Assembly (NCBI GenBank): GCA_963811165.1
Contig: CAWEQH010000010.1
Location: forward strand, 1,027,920-1,091,919
From: an uncultured Nitrospiraceae bacterium
Lineage (GTDB): Bacteria > Nitrospirota > Thermodesulfovibrionia > Thermodesulfovibrionales > UBA6898
Direction: 5' to 3'
Length of the DNA stretch: 64,000 bases
The position numbers and the translations under genes are program-made. Below, piece after piece: positions 27,526 to 36,175 of the stretch. Within the stretch, counting starts at the first letter, position 1. The number at the start of each line of letters is the position of its first letter. The notes under the pieces were generated by a model, which did not search any database, was not told where the DNA came from, and saw nothing but the letters and a program-made list of their open reading frames with translations.

Positions 27526-28849
27526 CACTAGTGTCCGGTTAAGAAGTGAATAAATTCAACTGGTTTTGATTTTCGAGCATAACTGAACGTTCTTCGATAG
27601 TCTGAAATGCTTGTTGCAAAGGCATTTTCTCGAAAAGGGTAATCGAGAGAATCTGTAACAATGTATAAAGGGATGCATCGAGATTGAGCTTTTTCTTGAT
27701 GATGGCGATGAGTACATACATGGAAACGGCGATCCAGATTTGGGTCTTCACAGCGTTTTCCGATGTACCATAAAACCGTTTGATGCGAAGATGCTGTTTG
27801 ATCCATTTGAAGAACAGTTCGATCTGCCAACGGCTTTTGTAGAGTGCAGCGATTGTGAGTGCTGATAGAGTCGTGTTGTTGGTAAGAAAGATCAGAGTTT
27901 TGTCTCTCTCGATATCTTTGAAGCGAATACGACGCAAATGTTCGGGGTAATGACAATGACTGTAGTAGCCGTTCAACATAATGCTCTGGTCGCAGATAAT
28001 GCCAGAGGATCGGTCGACGGGCGCAGAGTATACGCGCCTTGCATTGAGGTTCGACTTTGTGCGGGTCACAAAGAAACTGCCTGCCCGGTGCAACGCATAA
28101 AGACGAGCGAAGTCCATATATGCCCGATCCATGATGTAGAACGCCCCAGGTTCCGCAATAAGCAGGTCGAGAATATTGATGTCGTGCCACTTGCCGTCGG
28201 TGATGTGAATGAAACTGGGGATTGCACCCTTGAGATCCAAAAGTGTATGGACTTTGACTGCGGCTTTTGTATCGCGGAACGGAGCCCATGGGAACACCGA
28301 AAGACAAAGATCGATGGTTGTGGAGTCCAGCGCATAAACCGTGTTGGAAAGATCGAGTCCCAAATCCTCGTCTGCGTAGAGCCTTCTTGCTTGAGCGATC
28401 AGTCTCTGCGCAAAATCGGCGTAGATGCGCCAGTCTCGGGATTCGTTTGCGTCGGCCAGAGTCGACCGAGAAATCGCTCCGTTGAGACCCATATGGTAAA
28501 GCTTCGAAGCCTGAGCCGAAAGGCACGCTTCTATATCGCGCAGACTCTCCCGATAGGTCAATTGGGCGAATGCCAAGATGCGAAACTGCTCCGTGCAGCG
28601 AAAGGTACGAATACGATGATCGCCTCCATAGCGAGCGACTATACGATGAAATGTGCTCCAAGGGAGAAAATCCATGATTTGCGCAAATAGGGTCTTGCCA
28701 GTATACATTGGCACCTCCGGGAATTTCAGTTCCAGAAGGATTGCCCATTCGGCGATATCTATTCAAGTCGACACCACCAAAAATATTGCAAATATTCTTA
28801 TCTGTCATATAGTTTTAAGTATCAGCCGTTTCTTAACCGGACAGCACTG
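27526..28849 (-). mobile_element. IS4-family insertion sequence (1,324 bp), apparently intact
   Basis: Terminal IRs CACTAGTGTCCGGTTAAGAA (27526-27545) and TTCTTAACCGGACAGCACTG (28830-28849) match at 17/20 positions. A 9-bp direct repeat ATATGACGT flanks the element (27517-27525 and 28850-28858). It contains a single uninterrupted transposase ORF. Confidence 0.85.
27539..28708 (-). CDS. IS4-family DDE transposase (DUF4372 N-terminus + DDE_Tnp_1-type core)
   Basis: GGAG followed by ATG at 28708 (the ORF track starts at an upstream GTG, 28714). N-terminus MYTGKTLFAQIMDFLPW... and core motifs YALDSTTIDL, YIMDRAYMDF and LYKSRWQIELFFKWIKQ. Confidence 0.85.
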   Translation of the reverse strand: MYTGKTLFAQIMDFLPWSTFHRIVARYGGDHRIRTFRCTEQFRILAFAQLTYRESLRDIEACLSAQASKLYHMGLNGAISRSTLADANESRDWRIYADFAQRLIAQARRLYADEDLGLDLSNTVYALDSTTIDLCLSVFPWAPFRDTKAAVKVHTLLDLKGAIPSFIHITDGKWHDINILDLLIAEPGAFYIMDRAYMDFARLYALHRAGSFFVTRTKSNLNARRVYSAPVDRSSGIICDQSIMLNGYYSHCHYPEHLRRIRFKDIERDKTLIFLTNNTTLSALTIAALYKSRWQIELFFKWIKQHLRIKRFYGTSENAVKTQIWIAVSMYVLIAIIKKKLNLDASLYTLLQILSITLFEKMPLQQAFQTIEERSVMLENQNQLNLFTS

Positions 28850-28938
28850 ATATGACGTATATCATTAAAATCGGCGCTTTTTCCATCGTTCCGCATTTTC
28901 AGGACAGATGTACTCGCTACAGATTATCAAATATTTGT

Positions 28939-30255
28939 GTTGTCAACAAATAGAGTTGTCCGGTTTTAGAGCAGATAAACTGTCCGGTCCGTAGCTAGTT
29001 GATATCAGGCTGCTTTTTTGTTTAGTTTTGAGACCTCCTTCCCCTTGGAATTAAAGGCTATCAATTTTCTGTGCCCATGGAATATTGCTAGGTTGCCGTT
29101 TGGATAGCGATGGACACGGACCTTTACTTTGACATAGTGAAAGCGATATTTATCGGCTGGAATCTGAAGGGTTAGGGCATCGAATTTGACACAGTTGTTG
29201 TTGCCGACCGTCCGCTCATATTGTTCGCAGAGGATGTCTTGAAGAGGTGTTCCGGCCGAAGGGACAAACATACTGGCAGGCTCCTCAGCGGATACGGCAA
29301 ATTCATCGTTAAAGGCGGGAAGATACACATCACGGATATAGGCATTGGCCTGTTTCATCTCAGTGATGCCGGCTATGGCAAGTTCCTTTACAAGGCGCTC
29401 CTGATGAGTGCGGAAGGCGCGTTCAGAGCGTCCTCGGGCCTCAGGGGAATAGGCCGGGATCATCTCTATCCCTAACTGCCTCATGGCACGGCCAAATTGT
29501 GTCAGATTCTCCTTATCCACTTTCCCCCCAGCCTCTGGGGTATTCCAGTAGTGGCTGCCGCGATCCGTGTACAGTGAGGCAAATACTCCATGCTCGACGA
29601 TCACCTCACTGACTCCCTGAAAACTGCTCTGAGTTCCTTCTTCATCGATAAAAAACATCGAGTAATGTCCATTGCTGGCATCATCCATTGTTACAATCAG
29701 ATCCCATAACTTCCCAGGCACCCACTCATGCTGTGGAGCCGTCCTGATGCAGCATCATGCCAATATACGGAGCTCTTGGACGCTGTCTCCGGTGGGTTCC
29801 CTTTCTCGAATCCTTATGCACAAGTCCCTTGCCCTGAAGAGTATTCTTTACCCAGGTGTAGCTCCTCATGCCCTCATGAGCCCGCCTGATACCAACTGTA
29901 AAAGTGCTTAACCGTCAATCCCTGATACCGGTGGTTGTATAAATCTGCCAGGGCTACTACCTCATCAACAGGCGCACTGCGGTGTGATATTTGCCCTAAA
30001 CGCCTATCTATAAGCCCCTCCATCCCCTGCTCCTCATATCGCACCAGATAACGACGGTACGTCCGCTCGCATACTCCAAGCAACCTCGCCGCCTCCTCCT
30101 GCGTCAATCTCCCCCTTTGACATCCCTCATATGCTTCCTCAAATCTCATCTTCCGTACCTCCTGTAGTAGTGCTGTCCTCTTCATGAATGGCACCTCCGT
30201 GCCATCAAATCTTAACCGGACAGTTTATGTGCTACAGATACGGACAGTTTATGTG
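28939..30255 (-). mobile_element. decayed rve-type IS (ISNCY/IS1202-like), ~1.3 kb
   Basis: The ends carry imperfect inverted copies of a doubled motif (A)TAAACTGTCCGG: left 28956-28987, right 30216-30257. The element is bracketed by a perfect 26-bp direct repeat CTCGCTACAGATTATCAAATATTTGT (28913-28938 and 30256-30281). Exact ends are uncertain by a few nt. Confidence 0.6.
29005..30194 (-). pseudogene. rve/DDE integrase-type transposase, at least two frameshifts
   Basis: The N-terminal HTH part (MKRTALLQEV...RLTQEEAARLLGV..., 29874-30194) ends in TGA. The middle is readable only in another frame (RAHEGMRSYTWVKNTLQGKGLV...MMLHQDGST). The catalytic core lies in a third frame (HEWVPGKLWDLIVTMDDASN, YTDRGSHYW, AYSPEARGRSER; 29005-29721). 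Confidence 0.8.
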
Positions 30256-30435
30256 CTCGCTACAGATTATCAAATATTTGTTGCCATTTGAATTGGCCGG
30301 AGGTAATATTTGAAATATGGATGGCTTCAGCGTTAAGACAATCCTCTCATATCTTGGCATCTCTTATACCTGTATTTTGGAATTAAAAGCATTATTCATG
30401 TCTTATTATGTCTGATTAACAGTAAGGAGGCCGTT

Positions 30436-32349
30436 ATGTCTATGGAAAAATCCGTTGATAACAAAAGCCTTGATCCTGCTGTCCAGCAGATGATCGCCAA
30501 GGCCGGGGAGAAGGGGATAACTACTGTATGGGACAGGTACGAAGCCATGACCCCTCAATGCGGGTATGGTGATTCCGGACTTTGCTGCCGTAACTGCCTG
30601 CAGGGGCCCTGCAGGATAAACCCTTTCGGCGATGAGCCGAAAAAGGGGATATGCGGCTCATCCGCGGACGTCATGGTTGCCAGGTGGCTCGACCGGGCCA
30701 TAGCCGCGGGCACAGCCGCCCACTCCGGCCACGCCAAGCACCTTGCGCATACCATGATGAAGATGGCCAAGGGACTGGCCCCTGATTACCACATAAAGGA
30801 CACTGCAAAACTCAAAGCGGTTGCGACTCGTATCGGAATCGCTGTTGAGGGCAGGGCCGATATGGAGATCGCCGGAGATGTGGCATCTGCCGCCATGGCT
30901 GACTTTGCCGAGAAGGATACCCCTGTGCTATGGGCGGCCACGGTGGTGACCGAGGGACGTGTAAAGGCGCTCTCCGCCATAGGGGCCGTGCCGAAGGGCA
31001 TAGACTCCGAGGTTTCCGAGATCATGCACCGTACGCTGTACGGGGTGGATGCCGACGCAGTGAACCTGCTTCTTGCGGGCATCAGGTGCGGCGTTGCAGA
31101 CCTGGCCGGATGCTATATGGGAACAGACCTTGCGGATATCCTCTTCGGAACTCCCACCCCCGTGGTATCAAAAGCCAATATGGGAACGCTGAAGGCCGAC
31201 ATGGTCAACATCGCCGCCCATGGCCATAACCCGGTCCTCTCGGAGATGATTGTAACTGTTGCCGAAGAGATGAAGCAGGAGGCTGTGGCTGCCGGGGCCA
31301 CAGGGATCAATGTAGTGGGCATATGCTGTACGGGGAATGAACTCCTGCAACGACATGGCATTCCTTCCTGTACGCACTCGGTAAGCCAGGAGATGGCGCT
31401 TCTGACAGGCGCCCTTGACGCTGTCGTCGTTGACTACCAATGCATCATGCCCTCGCTCGTGACAGTTGCCGAATGTATGGGCTCAAAAATAATAACGACC
31501 ATGGATATATGCAAGATTACCGGCGCAGAGCATATTGAATTTACGGAAGAGGCCGCTGCAACAAAAGCCAAAGAGGTAATCAGGGTGGCCATCGAGGTCT
31601 TCAAAAAGAGGAAGGGCCAGCCGGTAGACATCCCGGACGTTCAAAGCAATGTAGTTGCAGGATTTTCGGCAGAGTCCATAGTGGCCGCGCTTGCAAAGGT
31701 CGATGCAAAAGACCCGCTTAAGCCCCTTGTCGATAATATCAAAAACGGCAACATCAGGGGGGTATGCCTGTTTGCCGGATGCAATAACGTCAAGGTGCCC
31801 CAGGACAGGAACTTCAAGATAATGGCCGAAAAACTGCTTAAGGAAAACGTGCTTGTCGTTGCCACAGGGTGCGGAGCCGGTGCGCTGATGAGACACGGCT
31901 TCATGGACCCGGCCAATGTCGGCACCTTGTGTGGAGATGGACTGAAGGCAGTGCTTACCGCCATTGGTGAGGCCAATGGACTTGGCGGCCCGCTTCCTCC
32001 GGTGCTGCATCTTGGTTCATGCGTCGACAACTCGCGTGCGGTGGCGATCGTGGTTGCCCTTGCCAATTACCTCGGCGTGGATACCGATAAGCTGCCTGTG
32101 GTTGCGTCTGCCGCCGAGGCGGTGTCCGAGAAGGCCGTCTCCATCGGTGTCTATGCCGTTGCCGCCGGACTGCCGACACACGTAGGGGTAATGCTGCCTG
32201 TTCTGGGCAGCCCTGCGGTTACCGAAATCCTTACCGACAAGGTAAAGGGACTTACGGGCGGGTATTTCATTGTGGACCTGGACCCTGAATCATCGGCCGA
32301 TAAACTTTTGGCGGCAATCGATGAGCGCCGAAGGGGTCTTGGACTTTGA
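30436..32349 (+). CDS. cooS: anaerobic Ni-Fe carbon monoxide dehydrogenase catalytic subunit
   Basis: AAGGAGG followed by ATG. 637 aa. N-terminal Cys pattern QCGYGDSGLCCRNCLQGPCRI and KKGICGSSADVMVARW. The length and motifs are typical of CooS/AcsA-type CODH. Confidence 0.9.
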   Translation: MSMEKSVDNKSLDPAVQQMIAKAGEKGITTVWDRYEAMTPQCGYGDSGLCCRNCLQGPCRINPFGDEPKKGICGSSADVMVARWLDRAIAAGTAAHSGHAKHLAHTMMKMAKGLAPDYHIKDTAKLKAVATRIGIAVEGRADMEIAGDVASAAMADFAEKDTPVLWAATVVTEGRVKALSAIGAVPKGIDSEVSEIMHRTLYGVDADAVNLLLAGIRCGVADLAGCYMGTDLADILFGTPTPVVSKANMGTLKADMVNIAAHGHNPVLSEMIVTVAEEMKQEAVAAGATGINVVGICCTGNELLQRHGIPSCTHSVSQEMALLTGALDAVVVDYQCIMPSLVTVAECMGSKIITTMDICKITGAEHIEFTEEAAATKAKEVIRVAIEVFKKRKGQPVDIPDVQSNVVAGFSAESIVAALAKVDAKDPLKPLVDNIKNGNIRGVCLFAGCNNVKVPQDRNFKIMAEKLLKENVLVVATGCGAGALMRHGFMDPANVGTLCGDGLKAVLTAIGEANGLGGPLPPVLHLGSCVDNSRAVAIVVALANYLGVDTDKLPVVASAAEAVSEKAVSIGVYAVAAGLPTHVGVMLPVLGSPAVTEILTDKVKGLTGGYFIVDLDPESSADKLLAAIDERRRGLGL

Positions 32350-32406
32350 GGCCGTCTGCGGCCTCAACGCGATGGATTAATGCACAACAATAACAAGGAG
32401 TATGCC

Positions 32407-32913
32407 ATGCAAGAGCCAAAGGAGATATTTGTAGATACGAGCAGATGTACCGCGTGCAAAACCTGCGAGATCGCATGTGCGGTCGCACATTCCAGGAGCG
32501 GGGACCTTTATGGCGCCTTACTGGAGAAGCCGGCACCCAAACGCAGACTCTATGTGGAATGGGTCAAGCCCGACACGAACGTCCCCATCCTCTGCAGGCA
32601 CTGCGAGGACGCGCCCTGCATGCATGCCTGTATAAGCGGGGCGATAAGCCGGAACCGGGAGTCGGTGGTCATAACGGACACTGATAAATGCATAGGATGC
32701 TGGACCTGTGTAATGGTCTGCCCTTACGGTGTTATCGGCCGGCACCTGGAGACCCATAAGTCCTACCGGTGCGACAGGTGTCCTGACAGGGAGACTCCGG
32801 CCTGTGTCAGTTCCTGTCCGACGAAGGCGCTGATTTACCGGACCGCGGAGTCATTCTCAAGAGATGTCCGAAAAGAGGCTGCCTCTAAATTGCTTAGCGG
32901 CAAGGACAAGTAA
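32407..32913 (+). CDS. cooF: CooF-like 4Fe-4S electron-transfer protein
   Basis: AAGGAG followed by ATG at 32407. Cys clusters CTACKTCEIAC, CRHCEDAPC, CIGCWTCVMVCP and CDRC...C...CP. Confidence 0.8.
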   Translation: MQEPKEIFVDTSRCTACKTCEIACAVAHSRSGDLYGALLEKPAPKRRLYVEWVKPDTNVPILCRHCEDAPCMHACISGAISRNRESVVITDTDKCIGCWTCVMVCPYGVIGRHLETHKSYRCDRCPDRETPACVSSCPTKALIYRTAESFSRDVRKEAASKLLSGKDK

Positions 32914-32914
32914 A

Positions 32915-34168
32915 ATGACGGCAGACAGGGCCGATTACCTCATTATAGGCGGCAGTGCTGCCGGGATGGCAGCGGCGCAGGTCATACGGCAGCAGGACCC
33001 CGCAGGCAAAGTCACTGTGCTGTCGGAAGAGCCGGACATGCCCTATTTCAGGCCGATGATCCCCTATATAGTGACCGGCAGGAAGAAGGCAGAAAACATA
33101 GGACTGCAGGGAAATGGGCCGTATACAAATACCGGCATCGATATCCGCATCGGCACACGGGTCGATTCGGTGGATACCGGCCGGAAGACGATCGGCATAA
33201 ACGGCAGGGACCGGCTGTCTTATGAAAGGCTGCTCCTGGCAACCGGCAGTCGTCCGAACATTCCTCCCGGTATTGAAGGGACAAAAGCAGAAGGTGTTTT
33301 CGCGCTTCGGAAATTGACCGATGCCAGGGCCATGGCCCGAAGGGCGGACAACACCGGCCATGCCGTGATGCTCGGGGGCGGATTGCTCAATCTCAAGGCC
33401 GCCTTCGCCCTTTTGGAAAGGGGCGTCAAGGTCACGCTGATAGTCCAGTCTCCTGAGGTCCTTTCACAGCTTATGGAGCCCGGCGATGCCGGGTTAATCC
33501 GCGATGCCCTTAATCGGGCGGGACTGCAGATAATAACGGGACACAGCGCAAGGGGGATCCTTTCAGACAAGAGCGGGGTTAGAGGTGTATCCCTTGATGA
33601 CGGGTCCGAGATCGCCTGTCAGATGGTCTGTATCGGCAAAGGGGTGAGACCGAACGTCGATTTTCTCTCCGGCAGTGAGATAGCGATAGACAAGGGTATT
33701 GTTGTGGACAGATATACGGCCTGCAATATGCCTCACACTTTTGCCGCCGGTGATGTGGCTGTTACCTTCGATCCTGTGACCGGTGGCAGGATAATGACCG
33801 CCCTTTGGACAAACGCGGTTGAGATGGGCAGATGCGCAGGCTATAACATGGCAGGCAGGAAGACCGCTTATTCCGGTACGTTCGGGATTATGAATGCTAC
33901 ACAGGTTGCGGACCTGCCTTTTGTCTCGATGGGCGTTGTTCATACGAGGAACACCGCTTATGAAGTACATGTCCACGCCTCGGGGTCAACCTACAGGAAA
34001 GTGGTTTTCAGCCCGGACGGTGAAAGGCTGGTCGGCGTACTCTTTATAGGCAATATTACCGGCGCGGGAATGTACAGGTATGTGATAAGAGGGAACATGA
34101 ATATAAGCAGGATCAAATCCCATATTGTGGATCAGACACTGCATTATGGACATTTTCTAAAAAGCTGA
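32915..34168 (+). CDS. FAD/NAD(P)-dependent pyridine nucleotide-disulfide oxidoreductase family protein (CODH-associated)
   Basis: ATG 32915, 2 nt after the cooF stop. YLIIGGSAAGMAAA (FAD) and AVMLGGGLLNLKAAFAL (NAD) folds, plus a GD motif FAAGDVA. Confidence 0.8.
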   Translation: MTADRADYLIIGGSAAGMAAAQVIRQQDPAGKVTVLSEEPDMPYFRPMIPYIVTGRKKAENIGLQGNGPYTNTGIDIRIGTRVDSVDTGRKTIGINGRDRLSYERLLLATGSRPNIPPGIEGTKAEGVFALRKLTDARAMARRADNTGHAVMLGGGLLNLKAAFALLERGVKVTLIVQSPEVLSQLMEPGDAGLIRDALNRAGLQIITGHSARGILSDKSGVRGVSLDDGSEIACQMVCIGKGVRPNVDFLSGSEIAIDKGIVVDRYTACNMPHTFAAGDVAVTFDPVTGGRIMTALWTNAVEMGRCAGYNMAGRKTAYSGTFGIMNATQVADLPFVSMGVVHTRNTAYEVHVHASGSTYRKVVFSPDGERLVGVLFIGNITGAGMYRYVIRGNMNISRIKSHIVDQTLHYGHFLKS

Positions 34169-34189
34169 TGCAATTCCCAAAAAGGTAAA

Positions 34190-34462
34190 TTGGGTCACTC
34201 GTTAAAGGCCATCCGATCAAGAGCGAACATCGACTTCCCCGGGTTGGGGAAACGCCTCTCGGTGGCCCACTCGTCCCGTGCCACATTCGAATACATACTT
34301 ACCCATCAGGCGAGAACTGACCGAAGACATATCGTGCTTCCGGTGATGCAGGGACTAAGAAAACCGGTGAATGATCTCAGCCGGAGGGCAACGGTCACGG
34401 ACATTGTGGATACCGTTGCGATAACCGCAATTCATGCGCAATCGATCGGACCGAAAAAGTGA
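34190..34462 (+). pseudogene. pta: 3'-terminal stub of a phosphotransacetylase gene
   Basis: The last ~35 codons read [33 protein letters not shown], the conserved Pta C-terminus (compare ...[28 protein letters not shown]). Only 290 bp separate it from the preceding gene, whereas a full Pta domain needs about 1 kb. Confidence 0.6.
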
Positions 34463-34630
34463 AAATTCTTGTCCTCAACTCAGGCAGTTCTTCGATAAAG
34501 TACCGGCTGTTTGACGCACAGGATATTCCTGCTTGCAACCGGACTGCTGGAAAAGATAGGAGAGCCCGGCAGCCGGGTGCGAGGTCGAAGAAGGCTTGAA
34601 CCTTCGACATCGCCTTCACATCGGTCCTGA
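34459..34630 (+). pseudogene. ackA: 5'-terminal stub of an acetate kinase gene, frameshifted and truncated
   Basis: GTG at 34459 overlaps the pta stop (GTGA). It encodes [22 protein letters not shown], the AckA N-terminal phosphate-1 motif. After a 1-nt shift it reads FLLATGLLEKIGEPGSRV (compare VLAKGLVERIGE). It ends before the pyk ATG at 34658. Confidence 0.7.
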
Positions 34631-34657
34631 AGAGGTGAAACGGGAAAGGAGAAATTT

Positions 34658-36094
34658 ATGACACTGCCATCCAGCAAGACCAGGATCGTCTGCACCATAG
34701 GACCGGCCTCCGATTCTCCTGCGGTGTTAAAAGAGATGATCACCGCCGGAATGGATGTTGCGCGCCTCAACTTCTCTCACGGCGTCTTTGAAGACCATAA
34801 GAGAGTGATCGGCGCCATTCGTGCGGCGGCCGCCGAAGCAGGCAGACGGGTCTCGATCCTCGCGGACCTTCCGGGGCCGAAGATCCGCATAGGCATACTG
34901 GCCAGGGAACCGATCACTCTAAGGCCCGGTTCGTTATTTGATCTTGCCACCGAAGAGATCGTGGGAGACGATCATCGCGTCTGCGTCAGTTTCAGTAAAT
35001 TGCCTAAGGTGGTAAAGCAGGGCGACATCCTTTTTTTGAGCGACGGCCTGATCCAGCTTGAGGTGATCGGAGTGGAAGGCGGCGTGGTGAACTGTCGGGT
35101 CCTGGTCGGCGGCGAGCTGCGGTCCAGAAAGGGCCTTAATCTGCCGGGTATCGACCTGGGCATCAGCGCTTTCACCACACACGATCGCGAGTGCCTGCAA
35201 TTTGCCCTCGAAGCGGGCGTCGACGCAGTCAGTCAGTCATTTGTCGAAGGCAGCCGGGACATTATGGCAGTCCGGGAGGCAGCGGCTTCCCTCGGTTATA
35301 ATCCCTTTGTCATAGCCAAGATCGAGCGGTCGAGGGCACTGGATCATCTTGAGGAGATCATGGAGGCGGCAGACGGCATCATGATCGCCCGCGGCGACCT
35401 CGGCGTCGAGATACCAATCGAGCGGATCGCGGTTGTACAAAAGCGCCTGATGCGCGAGGCAAACCTGCGGGCCAAGCCCGTGATTACGGCAACGCAGATG
35501 CTCGAATCGATGACCGATAACCGGAGGCCGACGAGGGCCGAGGCGACGGATGTGGCAAACGCCATTTTAGACGGCACCGACTGCGTCATGCTCTCGGAAG
35601 AGTCGGCCACAGGCAAGTATCCGGTAGAGGCCGTCGCTGTCCTGAGAAGAATTGCCGCGGCCACCGAGCCGTACCGGACTGCGCTACGGCTGAAAGACGC
35701 GGCTCCTGAAAAATGCGGAGGGGGAGGCGAAGGCATCAAGGACCTCATCTCCCTCAGCGTAGAGACGATCTTTGAGCACGCCGCTCCGGCCGCGGTGTTC
35801 GTTCCCACAAGGAGCGGCGCTACGGCAAGGAGCATCGCCAGATTCAGGCTCCCGGTCTGGGTTGTCGCTGTCAGCTCTCACGAAGCGACATGTCAGAGGC
35901 TTCAGTTCAGCTACGGAGTATATCCGGTGTACGAACCCGTGCATCCTGAGAACTGGCGAGTGTACGCCGGCGATTGGCTCGCCTCGCACAACGTCGAAGG
36001 CAAATTCGTCGTACTGACCCAGGGGCCCTCTTCGAAACACCCCGAAATGAGCCACCGCGTCGAGATCATCGAACTCGAAGACCGAGACCGCTGA
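34658..36094 (+). CDS. pyk: pyruvate kinase
   Basis: AAAGGAG followed by ATG. TRIVCTIGPAS, ARLNFSHG, MIARGDLGVEIP, ATQMLESM and MLSEESA motifs. 478 aa. Confidence 0.9.
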   Translation: MTLPSSKTRIVCTIGPASDSPAVLKEMITAGMDVARLNFSHGVFEDHKRVIGAIRAAAAEAGRRVSILADLPGPKIRIGILAREPITLRPGSLFDLATEEIVGDDHRVCVSFSKLPKVVKQGDILFLSDGLIQLEVIGVEGGVVNCRVLVGGELRSRKGLNLPGIDLGISAFTTHDRECLQFALEAGVDAVSQSFVEGSRDIMAVREAAASLGYNPFVIAKIERSRALDHLEEIMEAADGIMIARGDLGVEIPIERIAVVQKRLMREANLRAKPVITATQMLESMTDNRRPTRAEATDVANAILDGTDCVMLSEESATGKYPVEAVAVLRRIAAATEPYRTALRLKDAAPEKCGGGGEGIKDLISLSVETIFEHAAPAAVFVPTRSGATARSIARFRLPVWVVAVSSHEATCQRLQFSYGVYPVYEPVHPENWRVYAGDWLASHNVEGKFVVLTQGPSSKHPEMSHRVEIIELEDRDR

Positions 36095-36109
36095 CTACCC
36101 CACTTTTCC

Positions 36110-36136
36110 AAAAAAAAGGCGGGCCCTTTGCCCGCC
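36110..36136 (-). terminator. rho-independent terminator of the lipoprotein gene (hairpin shared with the pyk 3' end)
   Basis: On the minus strand GGCGGGC-AAAGG-GCCCGCC is followed by T8 (the plus strand shows A8 at 36110-36117 before the stem). It lies 40 nt after the stop of the 36176-36880 gene. Confidence 0.75.
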
Positions 36137-36175
36137 CCACGGATACATAGACAGCTTTGCTGCCGCCTCAATGAA

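Noticed and set aside
27528-28808. 426-aa ORF in another frame of the IS4 element
   Set aside because: It overlaps the DDE transposase frame, which has recognisable motifs. Its product is Ser/Arg/His-rich nonsense.
29722-29876. Frame changes in the rve-type transposase considered as programmed frameshifting
   Set aside because: Two separate shifts in different directions are needed, and no slippery heptamer is visible. This transposase type is normally a single ORF, so decay is the simpler explanation.
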